NCBI GenBank assembly: GCA_043228905.1
Contig: JBHGNT010000005.1
Coordinates: forward strand, 22,940,001-23,004,000
Length of the DNA stretch: 64,000 nucleotides
Origin: Azolla caroliniana
Lineage: Eukaryota; Plantae; Polypodiophyta
Direction: 5' to 3'
A program made the position numbers and the translations under genes. The notes below the pieces were generated by a model. It saw only the letters and a list, made by a program, of their open reading frames with translations, searched no databases and had not been told where the DNA came from. Positions 52,372 through 64,000 of the stretch are shown one piece after another (the first letter of the stretch is position 1; each line of letters opens with the position of its first letter).

Positions 52372-53009
52372 GTTTCAACAAGTTGAACGCCTTTCGTGCA
52401 ACTGTTGTTCATTTGAAAGTAGCATCCTTGCAGGTAAGAGCAATGAGAGGTTGTGCAATCACAAAAAATACTTTGATGAAACGACGATAAAAATTGGCAA
52501 AACAAAGAAATGATTGCACATCTTGTACCTGTGTTGGGACAACCCACTCTTGGATAGTCTTGACTTTCCGTGTGTCCATTATGATTCCCTGTGTCGAGAT
52601 GACATATCCAAGAAACTCTACAGAAGTACAATCAAATTCACATTTTCACATTTAGCATAGAGTCCATGCTCTCGAAGTTTGGCGAGGACTAACATGACAT
52701 GTTGAATATGCTCCTTGATGTTCGAAGAGAAGACCAAGAAATCATCCGGATAGATCACAATAAAGTGATCTAGGTATTCTCGGAAGATGTCATTCATCAT
52801 ATGCTGAAATACTGCATGAGCATTAGTGAGGCCAAAAGGCATTACCTTATACTCGAAATGACTGTAGCGCATTCTAAAGGTGGTTTTCCATTCATCTCCC
52901 GGTTTGATCCGTATTAGATTGTATGCCCCCTGTAGGTCAATCTTAGAGAAGATCCGCCCAGTTTGGAGTCGATCCAACAACTCTAGGATGAGAGGCAGTG
53001 GGTACCGGT

Positions 53010-53522
53010 TGTTGGTTGCCTCAAACAGCCAAGTGGGAAAGGTCAAAGAGAAGAAAAGACAAAGGGGATGGTTACGGAAAATGAAGAAGAAGGGTGGGGC
53101 CGAAATGTAGTTAAGAGGGCGTAACAACCAAAAATATTTATGAAGGGCAACGGTGCACGCGCCGGGCGTCACCGCCCATGACCCTATATAAAGGGCATGG
53201 AAAACTTGTAAAAACTAATCGTAATCTTGTATACATCTTCTGAAATATAGATCTGTTTTGCCTGGCTTTCTGTGTCTCTGAGTTGTGTTGAGTGTATCTG
53301 TGTTTGAGCCGTGTGCTCTGTTTATGCTAAGTTTGTAACATGTCGGTTGTTGCCGTCATCGTAATCTCCACAGTCTCCACAATCGAGATAACCATTGCAA
53401 TTCTAGTATACAGTTTACCTGAGTTACGGGTACGACGTGAGCACTTATTCATGACCATGATTGCCTTGAGCGAACCTCAAAGGACCGAGGATTCTATGCC
53501 GTGTTAACCTAAACAGGTAACA
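53010..53522 (+). mobile_element. Solo LTR, 513 bp, inserted in the chromovirus RT
   Basis: TGTTGG...GGTAACA; TSD CCGGT/ACGGT; splits host VRNRYPLP; TATATAAA near 53185. Confidence 0.8.
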
Positions 53523-56500
53523 ACGGTTGCGAACAATAATCTTGTTTAGACCTTGATGGTTGACACAAAAGCGTAAGGAGCCATCTTTCTTTTTCACGAA
53601 CAAAATAGGAGCTCCTGTTGGTGATTTTGAGGGACTGTTGAATAAAACCCTTTTCAAGGTTCTCGTCAAGATAAGTTCGGAGTGCTTGGAGTTCTGGTTT
53701 CGACAACCCATAAAGTGGGCTGAAGGGAGGACTAACATCTTCTTGCAGATCGATCGGACAGTCGTAGGGTCGATGCTTGGGCAAGAGATCAACATTCTTT
53801 TTCTCAACCACGTCCCTGAAGTCTTCATACTTGGACGACAACGAGTCAATAGTTGTCTTCATTGGACTGCTCGATTAAGAGGCACTATGCACTATTTTCT
53901 TCGTTGTGACTGATACGTGAACATCTGCCTTGGAGTTGATTCCTGCTTTAATGGAAGGGTGTGTGCTTGAAACCGATTTGTGCCATATTGTTGCTGCAAC
54001 ATGAGATACTGCTTGCACCTCCAAGCTGGTTTGTGCGAAAGTAATCGAGTGGTTGCGCCAATCGACAATTGTATTTTGTGCCTTCAGCCAGGACATACCA
54101 AGTATGACCGGATGTCGTGGTGAAGTGATAACATAAAATGTTAAGACATCCTGATGGTTCCCGAATTATAAGATAAGTGGGACAGTGGCTTTGGTGATTG
54201 CTCCAGAAGAGAGCATGTGTACATTGATAGCTTCCACTAGGATTGGATTGGACAATTGGACAACCAGAAATTTGTGTTTACGAATGAACATTTCGTCCAT
54301 AAAACACGTTGTAGCCCCGGAATCGAGAAGTGCTATTGAGTAGACTTGAAATGGATGCTTACCGGGAAGGAGAAATCTTCTATGGATGTAGCCAAACTAT
54401 GGGAGCAACACAAATGTAGATTGTCCAACCAAATGGCTCCTACTATAGTTGGACACTGTCGTTTTCCGGTTGTTGGGGCCGTCTAGTTGTTTGTAGATAA
54501 TTGTCGATGATTCTTCTTGATTGGGCAAAAACGAATTAGATAGGTAGATGCACCACAATATAAATATACCTTCATTCAGCCTCGGTGAGTAGTGGGGCTC
54601 GAGCTCAATCAATTTCCATTGGCATGGGGTCATCGTATGATGACAATGGAGGAGATTTCGAAGAGGGTTGCCATCTTGAAGTTGCTCGTTCCTCTTGATG
54701 AAGCTCAAACAACCAATTGTTACAACTAACTACTTGCGAGATGGCTTGCAATAATGACGTAGGCTCTGGAAAGTTGAGTAGTAGATTTTAAGTCTCGCTT
54801 TGAAGGCCTCGACGAAAATGGTCACAGAGCGCTTGGCCATCCCACTGAACATCACATGCTAATGGTTATATAAATTCAGAGGTATAAACAGATACCGGAA
54901 GCATACCTTGATGTAATGAATAGAGTTTGGTAGTGGCAGTTCGGCATCGGTCCGTATCCCCAAATGTCACCTCGAACTTTACCAGAAAGACAATTTTTTT
55001 TTTGTAGAAGTGGTGATGAAGTTTCGACCAACGGTGCAAACTAGGCTTGTGCAGCTCTTGACAGAAGGGTCCCAATGAGACCAACTTGACGAAAATCATC
55101 CGCATACCGCTAGGGCTGTAGTTGGATAATAAGCTTGATCTAATTTATGAACCCTCGGAAGTGCTTCATCGTGCTATCGAACTTGTCAGGTAAACTAACC
55201 TTGGGCTCCATACTTGTAGTGGGATGGAGAGGAGTTGGAGAAAGAGTGGACAAGGGACCAGGCTCTACAGGTAGAACATTTGTTGATGCTGGAGGAGAGT
55301 TGTTTCTTTCTTCGAGTTCCATCGGTGTTCCAAGTTGAAGCTTCCGTAACGATCCCCAAAGGTTGTCATTCTCAAGTTGAAGTTGATGCATGACTTCCAT
55401 GAGCTGATTTATTCTCTCAGTTAGATCCGACATGTTGAGGCTTAGAAAATGGGAAGGTGAACAAAAATGTCACGGACGGGTAGACGAGGCTAAATACTAA
55501 GAGAGAGCGAGATCATAAGCAAGAGAACAAGAAAGGGAGAGAGAGAAAAGACAAGATAACAAGAATTGATATTATGCATTCACAACTAGTGTTGTTCACC
55601 TTGATTGTAATCAAGGTGCACCCGAGTATTTATACAAGAATGTGGAGGTATGCATGTAAACTAGGAAACTTCTAGAGAGTGCATGAAGATGCATTCTCTA
55701 GAGATTTCTTCAAAGTTCTAGTGATTAACTTACAATGTAATAAGTTGAATCTTATACAATACAATAATGTATAGACGGATGTAACTCAACTGGTAAGATT
55801 GTCCAATAAGACTAGGAGGTCATGGGTTCAACCCCCTACAATCCATGTGGCATCTTGTCTATGGCAGTTAGATAGATGAGACTCCCGATAATTTGCTGAC
55901 ATTGAGTCAGCTCACATGGTGTTCCAGCATTTGTGTTCAACTTTAGGTTGCAATCGAGGGGAGTCAAAATTAGCTTGTGATCAGTCATACTTTGCCGGTT
56001 CAAATGACCTCAATTCCTAGAAATAATGAAGTTCATTCATGTCTTTCATCTCGAACTTCCTAGATAGGAGTATCTTGACTGTGTTGATGTCGGCCATATG
56101 TTTGCCACTGATCACTAAGTCTTCGACATATATAATGATGAAGATCAAACCAATGGAGTTGTTCCAAATAAACAACGAGTTGTCAGACTGAGACATTCGA
56201 AAACTGATTCGGTGTAGATATTGCGTTATCTTTGAATGCCAAGCCCTTGGAGCTTGCTTGAGGCCGTAGAGGGGCTTCTTGAGTCGGCATTCGACATTCA
56301 GATGTGATTTCGACTTGTACCCGGGTGGTTGTACCATGTACACCTCCTCCTCCAACTCGCCTTGGAGGAACACATTTTTCACATCTATTTGGTGGAGGTG
56401 CCACCTTTTTGCCACCGCAAGTGCTAGGACTGTTCGAACCGTAGTCATCTTTGCCATTGGGGCAAAGGTCTCTTTGTAGTCGATGCCATGGGTTTGAGCA

Positions 56501-57027
56501 TACCCTTTAGTGACAAGCTGAGCTTTGTAACGGTTAATGGAACCGTCGGCATTGTGCTTGATCTTGTAAATCCATTGACAACAGATCGCCTTCTTGTGTG
56601 CTGGAGGTGCTACAAGATCCCAGGTGTCATTGTCGACCAGTGCTTGCATTTCTTCGTCCATGGCTTCAATACATTGGGGTTCATGAGCTGCTTCTGAAAA
56701 ACTTTCCGGCTCTTGTTTGGCTACTACCTTCATCATGAAGGCATAATGATGTGCCATATACTCATTGTAGCTAAATCGAGTAACCAAATTTCTCTCTCGG
56801 GATGAGTGTCAGAGTTTTTCGTTCCTCGATGCTCGTGCCTTCTTTACACTGGGTGTCCGCATAAGGGGCACTCTGAACTAACTATCCAGAGAGTGAACCG
56901 ACACATCTGCATCGCTTTCGCCGAGATGATCGACTTCGTATTCAGGCATTTTACATTTGCCTTTGTCAAAGGCAACCCCTAGTCGAGGTATGCTTTCGAT
57001 TCTTGAAGGCTCTTGTGGTCCACTCAT

Positions 57028-57453
57028 TGTCAAGATTTGAACTCTTGATATAACCATGTTGTAATCGAGTGTTATGTGTTAACCACACATCTAACATATA
57101 ATCATGTATATACTTCCTCATTGCAGGTTTTAGCTAGCATCATGTGCATAATTTCTCCCTTGTATTATTAACACTTGGCACATGCATGCGTACCTACTGC
57201 CTACATGCTCTATTGTATCACATGCGTGCAATAGGTATGCATGCCACTTAGTATAAATAGTTGAGTTCATCTTGAAGGAATTCAAGGTGAACAACGCCAG
57301 TCATGGACATATCAATCTAGTATTCCTGTTTTGCCCATCTTCTCTCCTTAATCTTCATCTCTATCTTTAGGCTCTTGTGTCATTCTGTCATCGTTCCATC
57401 GTAGCCTCATCATCCGTGCTCCGTCTTAGTTTGCGCTTGGTGTGTCTGTGACA
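57028..57453 (+). mobile_element. Solo LTR (Tcn1-like), 426 bp
   Basis: TGTCA...TGACA; TSD CTCAT (57023-57027, 57454-57458); TATAAATA 57252 followed by AAGGTGAACAA as in the 55468 LTR. Confidence 0.88.
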
Positions 57454-60049
57454 CTCATCATAGTTGAGCTTGGACTTTCTCGTGGTACAGGCCATGGCTG
57501 AATGTCATCATTTGAGTTGACATCTAACTCTTCCTCGGTCGGTTTGGATGGAGCCAAATTAGGCTTATACCAAGATGCCGATTCGTCGATTCGTCGAAAA
57601 TAACATCCCGACTTACCCGAACCGATCGAGTAGAAGTGTTGAAGCACTTGTATCCTTTTTTTTCAGAAGAATATCCCACGAAAATGCACTTTTTGGAACT
57701 TGGGTTGAGCTTTTGTCATTTCTCGGTCGGGATGTGGACGTATGCTATACTTTCGAATACTTGATGCGATAAAGTCGGCTTCTTTCCAACATAAACCTCG
57801 TGTGGGGTGAGTTCGTGTGCTCCGTTCCGTGGTTGTGCATCGATTCATAATGTAGATAGTCGTGGATGCTGCTTTGGCCCAATGGTAATTTGACATGTGC
57901 TTCTCATGCAACATGGCTTGTGCTACCTTGAGTATGTGTTGATTCTTCCTTTCGGCAACTTCATTCTGTTGGGGGTGTGTCGGCATGGAAATCCTCTCCG
58001 AATGCCTTCAAATTGGAGGTAGGAGACGAATTTGTCGAAGAAGTACTCCTTCCCTCCATCTGATCTTAGGCATTGAATGTGCTAACCGGTTTCTTTTTCA
58101 ACTTGGCTCTTGAGCTTCTGGAAGTGGAGGAGCTCTTCACTCTTTTTCTTCATTGGGAAGATCCAAGTGTACCGAGAGTGATCGTCAATAAAGGTGACGT
58201 AGTAATGGCATCCACCGATTGTTGGCGTTTGAGCCGGTCCCCATACATCTGAGTGGATGACATCAAGGATGCCTTTGCTTATGTAGCTCTCCTTTGGAAA
58301 TGAGAGTTGATGTTGTTTGCCAAGTTGGCATGCTTTGCATACTTGGTTCACTCATTTCGATTCAAAAGCCGAGAGTCTCATTTCGACTGCATAGCTCGAA
58401 GCTGTTGGATGTTGATGTGGCCGATTCTCTTGTGCCACAACTCGATGTTAGTCTTGGTTTTGAGACCTTTGGCATACATGGTCAATTTTATCTCATCCGA
58501 ATCGAGAGTAAACATTCGGCCTTCTCTACGTCCTCTGGTTATGAGTTGGCCATTCTTTTCTATGAAATGACCCCCGTTGTTGAAGTGAACTTGCATGCCT
58601 TGCTCCACGGTTTGGCCGACGAAGACCAAATTCTTCAGTATTGTGGGAATGGGCAAGACATTCTTAATGTAGTAGTTGTTGCCCTTGCCGAGAGGGACAT
58701 TGCCGATATGCCGAATGGTGTGTGTGGTGTCGTCTCCCGTTTCCATGCAGCCGGGTCAATTGGGTGTGCGCAAGTCACTAAACCACTCTTGGTGGGATGT
58801 CATGTGATTTGAGGCGCCTGAGTCGACGAACTGTACTTCTTTTGCTGGAGATGCACTGGTAGAATCAGATGTCGACATGGTGTTCTCCTTACTCATGAAG
58901 AACATACCTCCCTAACCTTTGAATTTGGAGTTAGTAGTGTAGTTGGCGACTTCCCGACTTGTGGAAGTCAAATCGCTTCTCTTTTTTCTGCACTACTCTT
59001 CGTGGTGGCCGTTCTTACCATAGTAATCACAAATAACAGGCCTGATTTACCGAGTATGTTTGGCATGAAAACTCCCCCTTCTTCCGAAGGTTCCTCGAGT
59101 ATTTTCGTTTGCTTCCCGAAGGGTCGAGTTACTTTCATGATGCCAGCCGACTCGTCCTCCTTTGCCTTGGCCGAACCGACCTCTTCCGCCTCGACCATGT
59201 CCTCAACCACCTACCGAATTCGAGAAGTACATTTGCCCTTCTGATGTCTTGCTCTTTGTTCTCACATGGTTCTCTTCGACCAATAACATGGATTGAAGGT
59301 TGAAGAATGAGGGAGGGTTCTTCCTCGCTAAGATTTCCGTCCTTATTAGATCGAACCATTGTGCGAAACCACCCAAGCACACTTGCACCATGTCATCCTA
59401 TTCGATGTTTAGGTTGATGGAGCTGAGTGAGTCACATATATTCTTGATTTTGATCGTGTAATCTGACACAATCATGTCTTTTTGTCGGATGTTGTTCAAC
59501 TCTTGTCGGAGTTGAAGCTTGCGGGTAGTCGTATTTGCAGCGACGATTCGTCTTAAATTCTACCACGCTTCTTTAGGCGTCTTGCATCATGAATGTGACA
59601 AAGCATGAGATCATGGACATATGTTGCCAAACAATACATCACCCAACTCGCCCCTTGCTCCCATGTTGGGTAGTTGGCGTTTGTGATGATGGGTTTGTTT
59701 TCGAGCGCGTTGTCGATATAGCTCCAATACCCTTGATCGACTAGGTATTGGTTCATCTTGTACTCCCAAGATGAGAAATTACTTCGGTCTAGGTTTTCGC
59801 TAGGAAGCAAGTTGCGCATTTGTGCACTCATGTTGGTATCATGTCTTCCTTTGGCTTTTCTTCCCTCGGTTATGTATTCATGCTATGTAGTGGCACTACA
59901 GTAGTGGGTAGCTGGATTTGTCGTCGGCGTCTTGAACACACAATCAATACGAATCGGGTGGGCTTAGAGGATATGCTAAACCACACGCTCTGATAACATG
60001 TTAATATTTAGAAGATTAACTTAACAAACTTAGGAGAAGTTTTTCAAGA

Positions 60050-60684
60050 GGATATAATGTCGTATCCCTATTCTTAGTACAATGATGAAGCCGACGCGGA
60101 AGCCACATGCACAATTTCCTTATCACATGGCAAACTAACCATGTATCTCAGAGATTGTTGGAAGCGGATGCTGACAAATCCAAGATCGTAGAATTCAGAT
60201 TGTCACTAGACGGACAATCAACAAATTGGTACTCACATCATGAGGAAGGTGAGTTCCAATCATTTAAACAATTAACTAGTAAGTTTATCCGGTTGTTTCA
60301 CTGACAAATTCCAAAAAGAGAACTCATGAGCCAGTTCTATGCGGCTTACCAAGAAGTTCATGAGACCATTCCATAGTTTATTATTCGGTTTCCAAACCTT
60401 CAACGACAATTAGTACAACCTATTCTAGAGGAAGATGTTAAATACACTTTCTTATCGGCATTCCGAGAGCCGCTTCGGATGACACTAACTGTGTTCAATT
60501 TTAAGGATAAAGCACTAGAACAAGTGATTGACAAGGCACTCATACTAGATAAAACACAAACCAGTAAAAGTATGTTTATGACATTATTATAGAAATCCTT
60601 ACCAACTTCAGAAGAGTTAAGGTTCCAACAAGCTATTCAATGCACAACATGTTTGAATCTGGGGCCTTCTACAATAGAATGTAC
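60050..60684 (+). pseudogene. gag: Retrotransposon gag fragment, interrupted by a copia insertion
   Basis: FRLSLDGQSTNWY, FKQLTSKFIRLF, YQEVHET, CTTC knuckle relic. Confidence 0.6.
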
Positions 60685-63600
60685 TGTTACGAATCGACGC
60701 TCCGATTCACCTTCACCTCTCGGCCACAACCAAGGAAACACATGAATCGTTGTTGCAGAAAAATGGGAAATACAGAGAAAGACACGTTAGCACAGGGATT
60801 AACGTGGAAAACCCTATACGGGAAAAACCACGGGAGTGCAAGACTCCAAACCAAAACTATGCACAGAGAAATATACAATGGCAAGCTGCAAGGCGACGAC
60901 CCTGAGCTCGCTATCCTCGCCACAGGTGGCGGTATTACACAGAGGCGTCGACCTCTTCCTCTCTCACGCTCTATCTCTCTCACGGCTGCTCTCTCTTCAC
61001 TTCTCTTGAGTGAAAAATAGAAAAATAAGTAGCAACAAAAACTGTTTGCCCTAAGTCATATTTATACACATATGACCTTCGGGCTATTTACAAATATGGC
61101 CTCAAGGACCCTTGGCAAACATATTCACAAATATGTCCCCACATCCGGATCTCTCTCCGGGTACATTCATCATCCGGCTCCGTAGCCGAGGTCTTCATCA
61201 TCCGGCTCCGTAGCCGGGGTCTTCATCATCCGGCACCGTAGCCGAGGTACTCTTCATCCTCCAGTTCCGTAACCGCAACCGGGCTTGCCGTCATTCATTT
61301 CCGGACATCCCATCCGGAGGGACCGAAATCCCGACAAACTCCCCCTTCACTTCGGCATGGGATGTCTCTCCAATCCGATCCTCTTCCGGCATGCTTCCAG
61401 CTTGTCGCGTGTGAGGACCTTGGTCAGCATATCCGACCCATTCTCGTCCGTGTGGATCTTCGTCAGCACGAACTCCTGGTCTTCTATCCTCTCCCGGATC
61501 CAGTGATATCTACGCTGGATGTGTTTCGTCCGGGAATGGTAGGCCGCGTTCTTTGCAAGGTGGATGGCACTCTGACTATCGCAGTAGAGTCGGTACTCCT
61601 CCTGCCGGATCCCGAGCTCTCTAATGAAGTCCTTCATCCATATTATTTCCTTGCCGGCTTCAACAGCCGCCATGTACTCCGCCTCCGTGGTTGACAACGC
61701 AACCGTCTTCTGCAGCCTCGACTGCCACGAAACAGCTCCCCCTGCATACATCATCACATACCCTGATGTGGACCGACTGGTATCTGCATCAGCCGACATA
61801 TCCGAATCGGTAAAGCCGTCAAGTTCGGGCTTATCGGAGCCGAATCGGAGGCACACGTTTCCTGTGCCCTTCAGGTATCGGAGTATCCACTTGACCGCGT
61901 TCCAATGCTCTTTGCCGGGATTACTCATATACCGACTCACCACTCCGACTGCATATCCTATGTCCGGTCTTGTACACACCATTGCGTACATCAAGCTTCC
62001 GACGGCAGAGGCATATGGTACTTTCATCATGTCCTCCTTCTCAGCCTTTGTCTTGGGGCTTTGCTTGCTGGACAACTTGCAGTTTGCCGGGAGGGTTGAC
62101 CCGACCGGTCTTGCTTCCGACATGTTGAACCGGTGAAGCACCTTTGTCACGTACTTCTCCTGTGACAGCCACAACTGCTTCTTCCTCCGGTCCCGGATGA
62201 TGTGCATCCCTAGTATTTGCCTCGCCGGACCCAAGTCCTTCATTGAGAAGGTTCGGTGAAGAGCCTTCTTCAGCATCCGTATCTTGACCTGGTCCCGTCC
62301 AACGATCAACATGTCGTCCACGTACAGGAGGAGTATAAGAAATTCTCCTCCTTCGAACTTCTTCACAAACAAGCAGTGATCGGACTGCGTTTTGTGGTAC
62401 CCTTCGTCGGTCATGAAAGAGTCGAACTTCCGGTACCATTGCCGGGGAGCCTGCTTCAGACCGTAAAGGCTCTTCTTCAACCGGCATACCAGGTGCTCCT
62501 TCCCTTTCTTCTCGAATCCTTCCGGTTGCTGCATGTAGATCTCTTCTTCGAGGTCACCGTGAAGAAATGCCGTTTTCACATCCATCTGTTCTACCTCGAG
62601 GTCCATGCTTGCCGCTATGCTCAGCACCGTCCGGATGGAGGTCATCTTCACTACCGGGGCAAATATCTCGTCGAAGTCGACGCCCTTCTTCTGCTGAAAC
62701 CCCTTCACCACGATCCTGGCTTTGTATCTCGGGGGGTTTCCGGCATCTCCCGGTTTCAGCTTGAACACCCACTTGTTACGGAGTGCCCGTTTTCCTTTCG
62801 GCAACTCCACAAGTTCATATGTGTGGTTCTCATGTAGGGAATCCATCTCCTCCTGCATTGCACTTAGCCACCTGCGGTTATGGGTGTCATGCTTCGCTTC
62901 TTCAAAGCTCTCCGGCTCCCCCTCGTCGGTTAGCAGCACGTGCTCTGGTTCCGGAAATCTCCGGGGGGCCCTTCTCTCTCTTAGAGGATATCTCCGTTCC
63001 GGAGCTTCGGTAACCGGCTCCTCCGTTTCCTCTTCATCCGAATCCATTTCGGGATCGGGGCCGGTTCCGGTATCATTTTCATCTTCTTCGGCCGGTTCTG
63101 TTTCTTCACCGTCTTCGCCGGATCTTCGAGTGTTAACCGGTCCCTTGCCGGTCGGGACTGCTCCTCGTAGAGTTGATTCTCACCGGTCGACTTTGAGCTC
63201 TTCATCTTCTTCTCCGACTCCCAGTCGGCGAGTGCCTTGTCCTCCATGAAGATGATATCACGACTCCTGAATATCTTCTTGTCGACCGGGTCCCATACTC
63301 GGTAGCCGAACTCGTCGTCGCCGTAACCGAGGACTATGCATGGCCGGGTCTTTGGATCTAACTTTCCTCTCCGGTCCTTTGCCACATGCACGTATGCGAG
63401 ACACCCGAACACCTTCAGATGCCGGTAGGATACTTCCCTACCGGTCCACACTTTCTGCGGAGTGTCTCCGTCCAAAGGTACTGAGGGTGATCTGTTAATC
63501 ACGTATGTCGCCGTCGACATTGCCTCAGCCCAAAACCCCTTGGGTAATTTCGCATGCGCCAGCATACTCCGGACCCTCTCCATTATGGTCCGGTTCATCC

Positions 63601-64000
63601 TCTCGGCCAGCCCGTTCAGTTCCGGCGTCTTCGGCACTGTAAACTCGAGCCGGATTCCCTTCGAGCGACAGTACTCCGCGAACTGCCCCCGGTATTCCCC
63701 TCCGTTATCCGCTCGTATCGCTTTCAGCTTCTTGCCGGATTCTCTTTCCACTCTCGCGTGGAGTTCTTTGAAGACGGACAATACTTGGTCCTTTGTCTTC
63801 AACGGTGCCGTCCACAGCTTCCGGCTGTGGTCATCTATGAATGTTATGAAGTACTGGGCTCCGCCATGTGACTTCGTTTCTATCTGACACACATCAGTGT
63901 GCACCAGCTCCAATGGTGCGCTACGTCTCGTCGGTGGCCTTGAGTGGAAGGAGGTTTGGTTCTGCTTACCGGCTAGGCAATCGGTGCACTTCTCCAGGTG
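60685..64000 (-). mobile_element. Ty1/copia element, sister of 10781-16257, running off the window
   Basis: 3' LTR 60685-61336, PPT, internal sequence highly similar to 11449-14110. Confidence 0.95.
61347..64000 (-). pseudogene. pol: copia pol (IN, RT, RH) with a 1-bp frameshift near 63117
   Basis: ORFs 62981-63913 and 61347-63047; GTCTTCGCCGG versus GTCTTCGGCCGG in the sister copy. Confidence 0.9.

Larger units (their letters stand above)
50633..55866 (-). mobile_element. Degenerate Tcn1-like chromovirus nested in the copia RT
   Basis: TSD GTTAG (50628-50632, 55867-55871); LTRs 55468-55866 and 50633-~50968; gag, [29 protein letters not shown] chromodomain. Confidence 0.9.
49396..60021 (-). 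mobile_element. Degenerate Ty1/copia element with nested insertions; 5' LTR truncated
   Basis: 3' LTR 49396-49861 plus PPT; 5' LTR stub 59999-60021; PBS-Met-like 59987-59998; gag 59200-59831, PR VDSGAS, IN 57663-58746, RT 56017-56787, RH 50057-50400. Confidence 0.85.

Noticed and set aside
52065-52490. 141-aa repeat ORF
   Set aside because: Antisense reading of the 126-bp triplication.

Overview
Eukaryotic, TE-dominated plant DNA, most likely a non-seed plant such as a fern (inferred from Tcn1-like chromoviruses, an RTEX-like LINE and gene style). Two host genes: a 5-exon gene for a 133-aa membrane-anchored coiled-coil protein (33602-36811, +, missed by the ORF track, one GC-AG intron) and an intronless L-type lectin receptor kinase (46198-48255, +). 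The rest is nested elements, most with TSD-defined ends: Tcn1-like chromoviruses (338-6007, 50633-55866), a tRNA-Trp-primed gypsy (7568-28095) holding a young copia, a non-autonomous relative, a solo LTR and a pogo-like transposon, further copia elements, solo LTRs and LINE fragments. Main hunt results: (1) gypsy LTRs of about seven types carry an antisense tRNA-like Pol III A-box/B-box cassette in U3 with tRNA spacing; (2) two chromoviruses show Tf1-type self-priming with different 11-mers, plus a hairpin at the U3/R junction; (3) both share a -1 frameshift cassette; (4) the Trp-primed lineage makes 4-bp TSDs centred on CpG; (5) a 147-bp intronic array multiplies the gene's own 5' splice site. 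Coordinates were counted by hand and no database searches were run.
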